NCBI GenBank assembly: GCA_002269645.1
Contig: NIVC01000268.1
Location: 400,071 to 464,070 of the forward strand
Length of the DNA stretch: 64,000 nt
Origin: Macrostomum lignano
Taxonomy: Eukaryota
Reading direction: 5' to 3'
Shown here: piece after piece, positions 13,337 through 26,100 of the stretch
Layout: each line of letters begins with the position of its first letter
How positions within the stretch are numbered: the first letter of the stretch is position 1
Notes under the pieces: model-generated
Told to the model about the DNA's origin: nothing
The model's input: only the letters and a program-made list of their open reading frames with translations
The model's database searches: none
Translations under genes and position numbers: made by a program

Positions 13337-15727
13337 AAGAGAGAGGCATGAGAGAAGGATGAGAGAGGGAGAGAGGGAGAGAGGAAGAGAGGGAGAGAGA
13401 GAGAGAGAGAGAGAGACAGAAAGAGAGAGGCATGAGAGAAGGGTGAGAGAGGGAGAGAGGGAGAGAGGAAGAGAGGGAGAGAGAGAGGGAGAGTGGGGGA
13501 GAGAGAGAGAGAGAGAGAGACAGAAAGAGAGAGGCATGAGAGAAGGATGAGAGAGGGAGAGAGGGAGAGAGGAAGAGAGGGAGAGAGAGAGAGAGAGTGG
13601 GGGAGAGAGATTATGCAGGGAGAGAAGAGAGGCAGAGGCGATAGGCGAAGTCAGACAAGTTCATCCCGCAGCCAACAGCCAGCCTCATAGAATCCCTGTC
13701 ACCTGTTCCCCCAGCCGTGGATTTCAGCGGTGCGATCTCTTGCTACAGCCGGGACAAGTCAACAGGCAGAGCAAATGGAACCGTATCCAACTGCACGTCT
13801 GATTCAGCCTGCTATCGCTACACTGCTGACGAGGTGTGTAAATTTGTGCTTGTAGTCATTGGCGTCACGGATAGTGGCATTGGTGTCTAGGTGTTTAAGA
13901 TGAACTAGGACGCAGCTGGGTTTACTAAAAAATATTTTTCTTAAGTCAATCTCGAATTCACCACCAAGGTAAGCTACGCAGGATGCGGCACCTGCTCAGC
14001 TGCTGACACCAGAGATTACAACTGCGAGTCTTGCACAGCTGACTACTGCAACACTTGGCCACCGTTGACTGGCTGTCTGTATGCCAAAGGCGAGTACAGG
14101 AAGGAAAAATGGGTGAAAGTATCCTGTTCCCAAGCCAGCTGCTATCAGTTCAGCTATGGATACGGTCCTACTATTGTGAGATATTTGACACTGTTATTCT
14201 AACGAAACTTAACAACAATCTAACTGAGGTGTAGCATTTGAAAATATTGAATACCCAACGGGAGCAGGTACAAAACCAACCCCCAATCTTCCACACCACA
14301 CTGAGAGCAGGTGCGAAACCAACCCCCAATCTTCCACACCACACTGATAGCAGGTGTGAAACCAACCCCCAATCTTCCACACCCCACTGATAGCAGGTGT
14401 GAAACCAACCCCCAATCTTCCACACTCCACTGATAGCAGGTGCGAAACCAACCCCCAATCTTCCACACCCCACTGATAGCAGGTGTGAAACCAACCCCCC
14501 AATCTTCCACACGCCACTGAGAGCAGGTGCGAAACCAACCCCCCAATCTTCCACACCACACTGAGAGCAGGTTTGAAACCAACCCCCAATCTTCCACACC
14601 ACACTGATAGCAGGTGTGAAACCAACCCCCAATCTTCCACACCACACTGATAGCAGGTGCGAAACCAACCCCCAATCTTCCACACCACACTGATAGCAGG
14701 TGTGAAACCAACCCCCAATCTTCCACACCCCACTGATAGCAGGTGTGAAACCAACCCCCAATCTTCCACAACCCACTGATAGCAGGTGTGAAACCAACCC
14801 TCCAATCTTCCACACGCCACTGAGAGCAGGTGCGAAACCAACCCCCCAATCTTCCACACCACACTGAGAGCAGGTTTGAAACCAACCCCCAATCTTCCAC
14901 ACCACACTGATAGCAGGTGTGAAACCAACCCCCAATCTTCCACACCACACTGATAGCAGGTGTGAAACCAACCCCCAATCTTCCACACCACACTGATAGC
15001 AGGTTTGAAACCAACCCCCAATCTTCCACACCACACTGATAGCAGGTTTGAAACCAACCCCCCAATCTTCCACACCACACTGATAGCAGGTTTGAAACCA
15101 ACCCCCAATCTTCCACACCCCACTGAGAGCAGGTGTGAAACCGACCCCTAATCTTCCACACCCCACTGAGAGCAGGTGCGAAACCAACCCCCAATCTTCC
15201 ACATCTCACTGATAGCAGGTGTGAAACCAACCCCCAATCTTCCACACCTCACTGATAGCAGGTGTGAAACCAACCCCCAATCTTCCACACCTCACTGATA
15301 GCAGGTGTGAAACCAACCCTCCAATCTTCCACACCCCACTGAGAGCAGGTGCGAAACCAACCCCCAATCTTCCACACCCCCTGAGAGCAGGTGCGAAACC
15401 AACCCACTTTCTCCTACACCCCAGTGATATCAGCTGTGAAACCAACTCTCCATCAGTTACATTCAAGTACTTTAACCTTTAACTTATCAAGTATAAACTC
15501 TAACTAATCATGAACGAATAGTCAATAAAATTAATAAATGAAAACTTCAGTTCTTTTTTGCCGGCTGCGGTGACTGCGCAGATTACGGGAATTTCGACAA
15601 TTGCAAGACTTGCGCAACCGACTATTGCAATTCAGCAAAGGTTCTGACTGCAGAGCAAACGAATTTGATGCTGACTGCAGCTGGAGGCCTTCTCGTGATG
15701 GTCATGCAGCTCTGGGGTCATGGATAA
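12295..15727 (+). CDS. Secreted, probably GPI-anchored protein with two three-finger (Ly6/uPAR-like) modules, paralogue 2 (184 aa)
   Basis: Exons 12295-12346, 13715-13833, 13969-14175 and 15551-15727 have the same intron positions and phases as paralogue 1. Motifs CYSRDKSTG..NGTV, SYAGCGTC, CESCTADYCN and CKTCATDYCN; hydrophobic tail LMLTAAGGLLVMVMQLWGHG*. Confidence 0.85.
12375..13640. repeat. GA-rich low-complexity tract (intron 1 of Ly6-like gene 2)
   Basis: Purine-rich GAGAGAGG/GGCATGAGA blocks with internal duplications. Confidence 0.93.
14262..15450. repeat. 43-bp minisatellite, intron 3 of Ly6-like gene 2
   Basis: Unit ACTGATAGCAGGTGTGAAACCAACCCCCAATCTTCCACACC(A/C)C, with 43/44-bp period. 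Confidence 0.95.
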
Positions 15728-16039
15728 CAGTTCCAATTTATCAGTAGCTAAAACTGATTGACTAACACTACAATGAGTTCTCTAAACTGACTCTGTTTAT
15801 TTCAACATTGACAAGTTTTTATGGACTTTATACATTTCTTTATGGAAATTTAACAACCTGCGTGAAATAATATTACCGATTTCATCAATGTTTTCGATAT
15901 ATTCAAGTAAATTAAATCTTTTTTATTGTTAGATGCATATTGTTGTTTTAATGAAACGATTTGCACAAAAGTTTCTCGTGTTGAAACCTTTTATTACGCC
16001 CGTATCCTAACTCTTTTGAAAACTCAGATTTTGTTCGCT

Positions 16040-17450
16040 CCTCTGGCTCAATGATGACCTCTCTGACTCAGTGATCATCTCTCTGACTCAGTGATTATCT
16101 CTCTGACTCAGTGATCATCTCTCTGACTCAGTGATTATCTCTCTGACTCAGTGATCATATATCTGACTCAGTGATCATCTCTCTGACTCAGTGATTATCT
16201 CTCTGACTCAGTGATCATAATATCTGACTCAGTGATCATCTCTCTGACTCAATTATTATCTCTCTGACTCAGTGATCATAATATCTGACTCAGTGATCAT
16301 CTCTCTGACTCAGTGATTATCTCTCTGACTCAGTGATCATCTCTCTGACTCAGTGATCATAATATCTGACTCAGTGATCATCTCTCTGACCCAGTGATCA
16401 TATATCTGACTCAGTGATTATCTCTCTGAATCAGTGATCATATATCTGACTCAGTGATCATATATCTAACTCAGTGATTATCTCTCAGACTCAGTGATTA
16501 TCTCTCTGACTCAGTGATCATATATCTGACTCAGTGACTATCTCTCTGACTCAGTGATCATCTCTCTAACTCAGTGATCATCTCTCTAACTCAGTGATTA
16601 TCTCTCTAACTCAGTGATTATCTCTCTAACTCAGTGATCATCTCTCTAACTCAGTGATTATCTCTCTAACTCAGTGATCATCTCTCTAACTCAGTGATTA
16701 TCTCTCTGAATCAGTGATCATATATCTGACTCAGTGATCATATATCTGACTCAGTGATTATCTCTCTGACTCAGTGATCATCTCTCTAACTCAGTGATTA
16801 TCTCTCTGAATCAGTGATCATATATCTGACTCAGTGATCATATATCTGACTCAGTGATCATATATCTGACTCAGTGATTATCTCTCTGACTCGGTGATCA
16901 TATATCTGACTCAGTGATTATCTCTCTGACTCAGTGATCATACATCTGATTCAGTGATCATCTCTCTGTTCATCTCTCTGACTCACTGTTCATCATCTCT
17001 CTGACTTAGTGATCACCTCTCTGACTCACTGTTCATTATCTCTCTGACTCACTGTTCATCATCTCTCTGACTTAGTGATCACCTCTCTGACTCACTGTTC
17101 ATTATCTCTCTGACTCACTGTTCATCATCTCTCTGACTTAGTGATCACCTCTCTGACTCACTGTTCATTATCTCTCTGACTCACTGTTCATCATCTCTCT
17201 GACTTAGTGATCACCTCTCTGACTCACTGTTCATCATCTCTCTGACTTAGTGATCACCTCTCTGACTCACTGTTCATCATCTCTCTGACTTAGTGATCAC
17301 CTCTCTGACTCACTGTTCATCATCTCTCTGACTTAGTGATCACCTCTCTGACTCACTGTTCATCATCTCTCTGACTTAGTGATCACCTCTCTGACTCACT
17401 GTTCATCATCTCTCTGACTTAGTGATCACCTCTCTGACTCAGTGATACTA
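16040..17450. repeat. 20-bp minisatellite (CTCTCTGACTCAGTGATCAT) changing to a 23+20-bp dimeric array after about 16975
   Basis: Tandem copies downstream of Ly6-like gene 2, related to the 18-bp array at 10312-10630. Confidence 0.95.
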
Positions 17451-17889
17451 TTTTTAACTTGGCGATAATCTCTTTATGTCGAGGAAGAGGATTTCTGAGT
17501 CCGAGTCTATGCATCATAAAAATCGTTTTTGATTGTAGTTTGCAGATAGCAAACAAAATACAATTAGAATTGCGCTTTCCTGAGTATCATATCGGCTAGC
17601 TGGATCCCATCAACCGGTATTGCATATAAGTTGATATTTATCGATTTGGAATTTTGCTGTTTACATTCTCATCTGGTAGATACTCGTGTGAAGCATTCCC
17701 TACTGCAGATGCTGAAAACTGTTTGCACTGCAGTTGAGGCACCAATCAGGGCTCTTGGAGACAATTAGCTATTAAACATTGTATAGCCTTTATCTGCTGA
17801 AGGTGACTATTTAATACTTGTCGATTTCAAAGACCTCTTCTGCAGCCATCTTTCGGGAAACGAAAATGGCATTCTTTTGGAACTCTGAA

Positions 17890-19299
17890 ATGAAATTGCA
17901 CCTTATCCTAATTTGGTTACTTCTCTCCGGGGCCTGCAGTCGTCAGCTCAATTATTATTTAATAGGCTGCTATGTTGACGACAATGGAGGCGTCAGAGAT
18001 CTGTCCGGTTTTGTTGGGATCAACAGCTGGAGCAGCTACGAGGTAGTGGCCGAACATGCTCAGGTGTACAGCGTGTCGATGACTCGACGATACTGCCGTC
18101 AGGTGTGCGGTCTTGGCGGATTCGCCTACATGGGACTGCAGAACGCGTACTCCTGCTACTGCGGCAACAAGTACGGCTCGCAGGGAGCTGTCGCATTAGC
18201 AGATTGCGGCAAACCGTGCCCTGGAAATGGTAGCGAGACCTGCGGAGACATGGACAGGAACCTGGTCTTCGGATTGAATTACCTGGGTGAGAATAACGGG
18301 AACAGACACGAAATCGGGTCAATGATTGAAATTAATGTAGGATTGACATTCGAAGCTCTCCTAGTCGTTTGTGTTTAATTTAAACAAAATTGCAACCCAA
18401 TTCAATTAGGCCATGGAACTTAAAATTGTTAGGTTATGCCATAGACAAAAAACAGGATCGCTTACCCAACTGATACGTGCTCAATAAATATACCTTTTCA
18501 ACCTTGAATGTGGCCTCAGGTAATTTCAAACGTGACCAATAACGTCTATGGATATAATCTCTGTGAATACGTAAACACATAGACGCCTATTTTTTAGCTC
18601 GTTGAATGTTAACAGTCGTAAAGGTCAAATTCGAAGTGTCGCCTTCGAGGTTGAAAAGGTATACCGGTAGTAGATTGAATAATAAATAAAAATTGATTAC
18701 ACCTGCCCTAATTGGGCCAGATGTGCAACCGACAGCTCAGCCGCAGCGATTGCGCGACGCATCTGAAGGCTGCGTACGGCTGTTCAGTCCAAGGACTGGG
18801 GGGTCGCCACACACAGCCTCAATTACCCCAGCTTATGCTGGCACCCATTTTACAGCTGGGTGAATGGAAACAATGCAGAGCCAAGTGTATTGCTCAAGGA
18901 CACAAATTGTTCTCGTGGGCTCGGGAATCGAACCCCCGACCTTCAAGTCCTGAGGCCGACGCTCTAACCACTTGGCTACAACCCCTTAATTAGCTTGAGG
19001 AACTTTTGAATCTACTTTTGTTTACAAAATTTGCTGTGTGCACAATTTCAGAAAACAACCAATTTATATCGAAACCAACAAGACCGACAGTCACTGCCAG
19101 TGCTGCCTACGGAGAACTCGCTTATCCCCAAATCGTGGCCACCAGTGCTATCGATTGCATCAGCAGCTGCCAGACATTCGGGAAAGACTGCCAGGCCGTG
19201 ATCTACATTCTGCCGAATCAGCTGTGCCACTTGCTGAAGTTTGCGCTGGTTCCGGAGGCTCTTGTTGGAGTGACTGGCCAGTTTTACGTCCGAGTCTGA
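17890..19299 (+). CDS. Secreted WSC-domain + PAN/Apple-like domain protein (about 214 aa)
   Basis: Exons 17890-18286 and 19052-19299 (phase 1 GT-AG intron). Signal peptide [16 protein letters not shown]; WSC motifs [29 protein letters not shown] and [14 protein letters not shown]; exon 2 has the PAN-like CISSC..DCQAVIY..LCHL. An alternative ATG lies at 17866. Confidence 0.85.
18700..18985 (-). mobile_element. tRNA-derived SINE, family 1, copy 1
   Basis: Minus strand starts GGGGTTGTAGCCAAGTGGTTAGAGCG...GGTTCGATTCCC (A and B boxes). The body is homologous to the copy at 21737-22012. Confidence 0.8.
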
Positions 19300-19384
19300 T
19301 TGCCTTGAGATTCTGAGGTTTTGCTTATTTGAACTTGGCTCAACATTGAGCATCAAAGAGAAGAAAAATATTGGTACATAGAAA

Positions 19385-19770
<386 letters not shown>

Positions 19771-20178
19771 ACAAAGCGCAATAAATCGATCTATTTCTGC
19801 TTCAAAAGCAGCGACAGCTACTGGTTATTTATCCATGTTGGTAAATTTTTACAACGAAAAGCAGCATGCACCGACGAACACAGCAGCCGCTGTAACCAGT
19901 GCGACTATCACACCACAGAAGATGAAATTTCAATATTCGTATAGTATGCGAAAAGCAAGATGATCGAGGTCTATATTAATCTAACTACTGTTACAAGACT
20001 ACAGACTGAACTATAACTACTCTATCGATATTTTGCTAACAGCTGTTTGTTAGGTTGTCAGTTTGCTACAAAAAAATCTACTTCGAAGTGACATGCAGCT
20101 CGCCAGACGCTGTAGCATGGGAGACGATTTCATAGAAATTCAGTATGAATTTTCCCACAGTACTGAACTTTGAGCATC

Positions 20179-23100
20179 TCAGAAGCGCGTCTCCTCGTGG
20201 TAGCCCTGATTGTCCAGCCCGTCCTCCGGCAGAGCTCGCAGGTGTCCGTCATCGCCTTGACCGACTGCCGAGTCAAAACCGCTCGACCTGTGCCGGAGGT
20301 CCGGGCAGAGGTGCGCCGGATGATCCAGCGAGCTGTACTCCGGCAGAGACAGCTGTTGCTGCTGTTCGTCGTGAATCGAGTGAAGGTAGCCGCTGAATGC
20401 TTCCAGATGGCGGACACATTCACTTGGTCGTCGAGACGAGCCGACGCCGTGTAGCGATGGGTCCTCGCCGGCGCTGTGGCTGATGCTGTAGGTCCGCGTC
20501 TGTCGGCGCCGCTCTCGAGCCGCGTCGTTGGCGTGCTGCGAGATGGACACTCGGCGACTGCGGGTTTGCGAGCGAGTTTGTTTGCAAGGAGCTAAAGCCC
20601 CTTGGTGCTAAAGCCCCTTGGTGCTAAAGCCCCTTGGTGCTAAAGCCCCTTGGTGCTAAAGCCCCTTGGTGCTAAAGCCCCTTGGTGCTAAAGCCCCTTG
20701 GTGCTAAAGCCCCTTGGTGCTAAAGCCCCTTGGTGCTAAAGCCCCTTGGTGCTAAAGCCCCTTGGTGCTAAAGCCCCTTGGTGCTAAAGCCCCTTGGTGC
20801 TAAAGCCCCTTGGTGCTAAAGCCCCTTGGTGCTAAAGCCCCTTGGTGCTAAAGCCCCTTGGTGCTGGCGCCCCTTGGTGCTGGCGCCCCTTGGTGCTAAA
20901 GCCCCTTGGTGCTAAAGCCCCTTGGTGCTAAAGCCCCTTGGTGCTAAAGCCCCTTGGTGCTAAAGCCCTTGGTGCTAAAGCCCCTTGGTGCTAAAGCCCT
21001 TGGTGCTAAAGCCCCTTGGTGCTAAAGCCCCTTGGTGCTAAAGCCCCTTGGTGCTAAAGCCCCTTGGTGCTAAAGCCCCTTGGTGCTAAAGCCCCTTGGT
21101 GCTAAAGCCCCTTGGTGCTAAAGCCCCTTGGTGCTAAAGCCCCTTGGTGCTAAAGCCCCTTGGTGCTAAAGCCCCTTGGTGCTAAAGCCCCTTGGTGCTG
21201 GCGCCCCTTGGTGCTAAAGCCCCTTGGTGCTAAAGCCCCTTGGTGCTAAAGCCCCTTGGTGCTAAAGCCCCTTGGTGCTAAAGCCCCTTGGTGCTAAAGC
21301 CCCTTGGTGCTAAAGCCCCTTGGTGCTAAAGCCCTTGGTGCTAAAGCCCCTTGGTGCTAAGGCCTTGTTAACCTTGCAAACTGTCTTCTGTTTGAGCTTC
21401 TTTTGAAAAGTTCTTTCAGTACTAAAACAGTCGTTGAATAGACAGCATAGAGCTGTCATTTTTACATAGACACTTGCATGAATTACATTAGCTAAACTTA
21501 ATGAAAGTGTTTAATAAAATATTATTTCACTAATGTTCTTTCGTACTCGGATAAACTGACGCCGCTGGTTGATGCACCGCCTTGCTCGCCAATGCTGCTT
21601 CCCGTTTCATCCTGAAAATTATGCAGGCACTCGCAAAAATGTAAATTCCATCTAGATCGAGTCATGGACAGCTGAAGTAGAAGGACTCCCTCGAATCGTA
21701 CGAATGTCGCCGGTAAAAATGTTATTTTTTATTTCACACCTGACCTAATGGGCAGATGTGCAACCGACAGCTCAGTCGCAGCTATTTGCGTGGCGCATCT
21801 GAAGGCTGCGTACGGCTGTTCAGTCCAAGGATTGGGGGCCGTCACACACAGCCTCAATTACCCAGCTAATGCTGGCACCCATTCTAGCTCATTCACCTTG
21901 GTGAACTGAAGCAATGCAGAGTTAAGTGTCTTGTGCTCAAGGAACCAATTGTTCTGAGAGGGTCGAGAATCGAACCACCGACCTTTGATTCCAGAGTTCG
22001 ACTCTCTAACCCCTTTTATAACATTCTTGAACGTTTAATAATTCTAAATTGATGAAGTATGTTTTGTCCGAGGTTGACTCAAAACTTACTCGAATTCGGA
22101 AGTTCAAAAGGTGAAAAATCACTAAAAGCACAAAGAACTTATCAATTTGCAAATTCAGCGTCCTTCTACTTTAGCTATTGATTGCATAATGAACAATATT
22201 TCAGTAGCCTTTGCACCTCAACCAGCTCCTGGTAGAAATTGGACAGCGCGTAAATCACCGCGTCGTGGACGGTCACAAACAGACCAGCTTCGGAGCGTTT
22301 GTCGAAGAAGTTGGCCTTCCTCAGAAGCGAACGGACAAGCGAAGTGCAGCCGGACAAGTACATTTCGACGCCAATTTTACTGAAATCGTCGACAATTTTT
22401 GTCAGCAGACGGACACCCACGGCGTCAATGAAGGCGCAGGCCGACAGGTCCAAGATGATGCAGAAGACGTTTACAGTCGGCTCGCTTTCGTCGTCGCTAT
22501 CAACGGAAGCTGGAAGATCAGCCGAATCGATGGAGCCCATGGATTCGTACGACTTTGAGGCGGTGATTGGCAGGTTCTTGAGCTCCTCCGAGGAGCTCAA
22601 CTGGGCGCGCTGGCGTGCTATGGCGCTCTTTTATGGCAAATAATTTGGGGAAAGGTTAAGTCACTTTGTAAACAATCTCTGGTTAGAAAGTTCGTTTTTT
22701 AGGGGGCAGACTAGTTTAAGCAATCAACTCCGACGTCCGGCTTTCGTGCCAAGGTACCCAGGTTCGATTCCGTGTGTAATTCTACAATAATTTGAGACCC
22801 TGTCCTAAGGCATATCTCGGTAAAGTCAGGGTCGTATGTGTATACGCTCGTACCTGCGTACGTTCGAGTATCTGTGTACGTGTGAGCGATTCGTGGTCAG
22901 AAGGGATGAGCATGATTGCTTGCCTCCTCGTTGGCGTTGGCTACGAAAAAACGTATTACTGAGACAGTACTGTAGTTCTCAATTTTTCTTAGGGCGAGTC
23001 TGGTTGCTTCCCGAATCCATGGTTTGACTTGGACGCGTCGATGTTAACTCGGTGTTCAAGGACAGTAATTATAGTTAAAGGTACAGTGCCTGACAACAAC

Positions 23101-26100
23101 TAGGTCAGAGTTGTTGCAGACCATGTGCTATTTTTGCATGTCTTCTTTTTTATTCCTGTACCTGCCCCTGTACGTGATTTCATGACTGTTGTATTGGTTT
23201 AACAGCAGTAGCCCCCAGCGGAAACGTAGACAGATTAACATGAATCCGTTAAATGATGATTGCAAAAACAATGTCGTTGAATTTACCGGATGACTTCCCT
23301 CTTCCTTGACAACTCCGAGCACTTCCTTGATGCCCTGGGCGTTGAGCACGTCAGTCCGAAGGTTCATATCGCCGCTGGCTCCTCCGCTTCGCTTGGCTGC
23401 GGCTTTAGCGCGTTCGAGAATCTTCTTCGGATTCATGGCCACGGAGCGGAATAGGCGCTTGCGAAAGTTGTCTGCGCTGGCGAAATAGAGCGAGCCGTCG
23501 AATTTAAAAATTTTCAGGCCAGGAATTTCTTCAGCCTGAATAGTAAATATTTTTTGGGTTCACGAATTTCAGTAAAAACGAAGTGTCGATTTTTTGCGAG
23601 GCCATGTTACTTTTTGGCTTGTACTATTCTCAGCTGTTAAGAGTCAACCACTAGAGGCACTGTGCATTACACGACTGGTGATAAGAGTTACGTAGTAAAG
23701 ACTGTTTTACAGCTTGTGTGAGCGCTCACGGACCGTCATGCTGTCCTGTTGACGTAAGTGGCCTAAGAAATGCATAGTGACGGCAGCAACTACTAAGAGA
23801 CTGAGCTACATGCTAGCACGACCGCTATGTACCAATCGTCTTACAATAGCCTCATCGGCCATAACTCGATAGTTTTTTTAAGTTCTCTTTGCTCTGAAAC
23901 TCACCCCTTTAATCTTCTTAATGTTCCTATAAATGTCAGTTTTCGGCACTCGCCCCAGCAGGTAGGCCTTCGGAGCCTGGGTCCGATAAATGATGGTGAG
24001 CAACGAGAAGGCGACCCCGATTCCCAGACCGATGGGCAGGTCCAGACCAAGGATTGCAGCCAGCGTTACAATCCAAATTGACTGTAATTACATGGGAATT
24101 CAACTAATTACAATCAATCATATTGTAAAAAGTAATAAACAGTGAGCGTACAAAGTCGTATCGATTGGTTCGCCACAGTCGAGGCAGTTGCTCCACTTGC
24201 AGGATCATGTTCTTCAAATTCACGATTATAATTGCGGAAAGTACGCACTGAAATTGATAATGCAATTATAATATAGGATTGCTCACTTGATCAGCAAATT
24301 ATGGAATAGACTGCTGATAAACAGGTATTCACCTTGGGTACCGGCTCAAAATAGGAGCAAAAAGTAAGAATGCTGATTAGTGTAATTATTGTAGCGTAAA
24401 CCGAATAGATCTGAAGTGCGAAATAAAATGGCACATTGTAAACGGCATAAGGTATCATTCCTAAATTATGACTCTTACTTAAGGCAACTTTTTCTTACTA
24501 GTGTCTTTCCTCTCATGGACTCGTGCAGCGAGGTGCAAGCAATGGACGAGGCCGACACGAACGTGCTGAACCAGCTCATGCCGAAGTTGACAAATCCGTA
24601 GGCTAGGACCTCCTGGTTGGCGTCCACTTCATATCCGTGACGTAGAGCGAAGGTCTTGGCTACAGACACCGACAGGGCATAGGAGATTATGCCAAGCACG
24701 ATGCCGTTCACTAAAATTCCGGACCCGCTTGTGAAATGCTCCGGCAGTGGAGCGCGCGGCACCTCGAATCTGAAGTTAAATTTTGATGGGTCGCTTTTAA
24801 ACCGGTGTCAGAAATGCGGTGTCAGATGGGTCTTAGTTAAAAAGTTCTATTTGCTTCACACACTTCATGTCTGCATAAAAGTAACCCCGTCAATCTGATA
24901 AAAATGCGTAAAAGTCTTTTTTAATCCTATACTGATGGATAAAGCCATATCCGACACTGACAACCTGACTTTCCATTACTGCTATGTTGAATTGTTTCTA
25001 TTCGTTGCTTCTGTAAATTATGGTTGACTTTCAAAGTAAAAGACGTGTGGCTTTTTCTCAAAGAGAAAGTTTTTGAAAATTTTAATTATACCGTTAAAAG
25101 AAGCGATAGATAACGGTGGCAAAAGTGGTATTTTACATTTTCCAAGCGCGGCTTACCCTTGTCGAATGACGCCAACATTTTCCACTTTAATAGTCCCCTT
25201 CCAATTCATGAACTGCGACATTAGAAGACTTGTAATCAACTGAAATCGAGTTATATTGTGTTTGTGTGCTTCTTATACTCGCATCTTCTCGTAACAACAA
25301 ATCAACGGTTTAAAAAAAATAGCGCAAACCTTACCACAATGATGTCGATTGGAATTGGAATTTTCACATATTTAGAGCACTTCTCGTTCACCAGCTTGAT
25401 GGCCAGCAGCAGAGCAAAGAAGGCTACGAAAATGCCGATTGTGTATCCGTTTACCTGACCGGTGAATAGCCTTTTGAATGCCTCGATAAAGTACTAAATG
25501 GGGTTAGATGGAATACAAAAAAACAGATGTAGACATCTCAACTTATAATACTGACAGAATGTCAAATACCAATGGATTAGGTTACATCTCAAACGAAACT
25601 AGAACAAGTCAACGCTATTGCAAGTTTGTGTCGATTAAAAACTAAACTAGAACGACTAAGAACGACAAAACTAAACTAGAAATTAGTTTATTTCTTAGTA
25701 TTTTTACAGTGTTCTATCTGGACTACTGAATTAAAAAATATGTCCAAGTAGAACAACCATGTGTCTTATCCTACGTTGATTAACAAATTTGTCGAACCAA
25801 AGTTTAACAAAATTTTATCAAAGAGTAATAAGAAATATTTTTAAAGAATTTTTGTTCGAATTCCTTTTGCGAACTTATTTAAAAATTAAATCTCAATTTA
25901 GTGAACAAAACTATATTATGCGCGTTTCCGCTCCATTAATTTTTCTTCAAAACTATTAACATTAATGAACTTGCAAATTAGGACCTGAGTAACTTTATTA
26001 CTAAAAAACGCTCACAATAGTTTACCTGACCACCTGCAAGAACCAAGGCCATTGTTACTCACCATGAAGAATTTCCCGTTGCCATTTATGGCCGGAATTT

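Noticed and set aside
18920-18985. tRNA gene call for the tRNA-like heads (also 46828-46895)
   Set aside because: There is no complete acceptor stem, and the heads continue into repeated SINE bodies.
18712-18993. 93-aa ORF in the WSC gene intron
   Set aside because: It is the antisense translation of a SINE.
20130-20454. Overlapping ORFs 20130-20423, 20145-20396 and 20170-20454
   Set aside because: They are alternative-frame or antisense shadows of the GC-rich last exon of SLC26-A.
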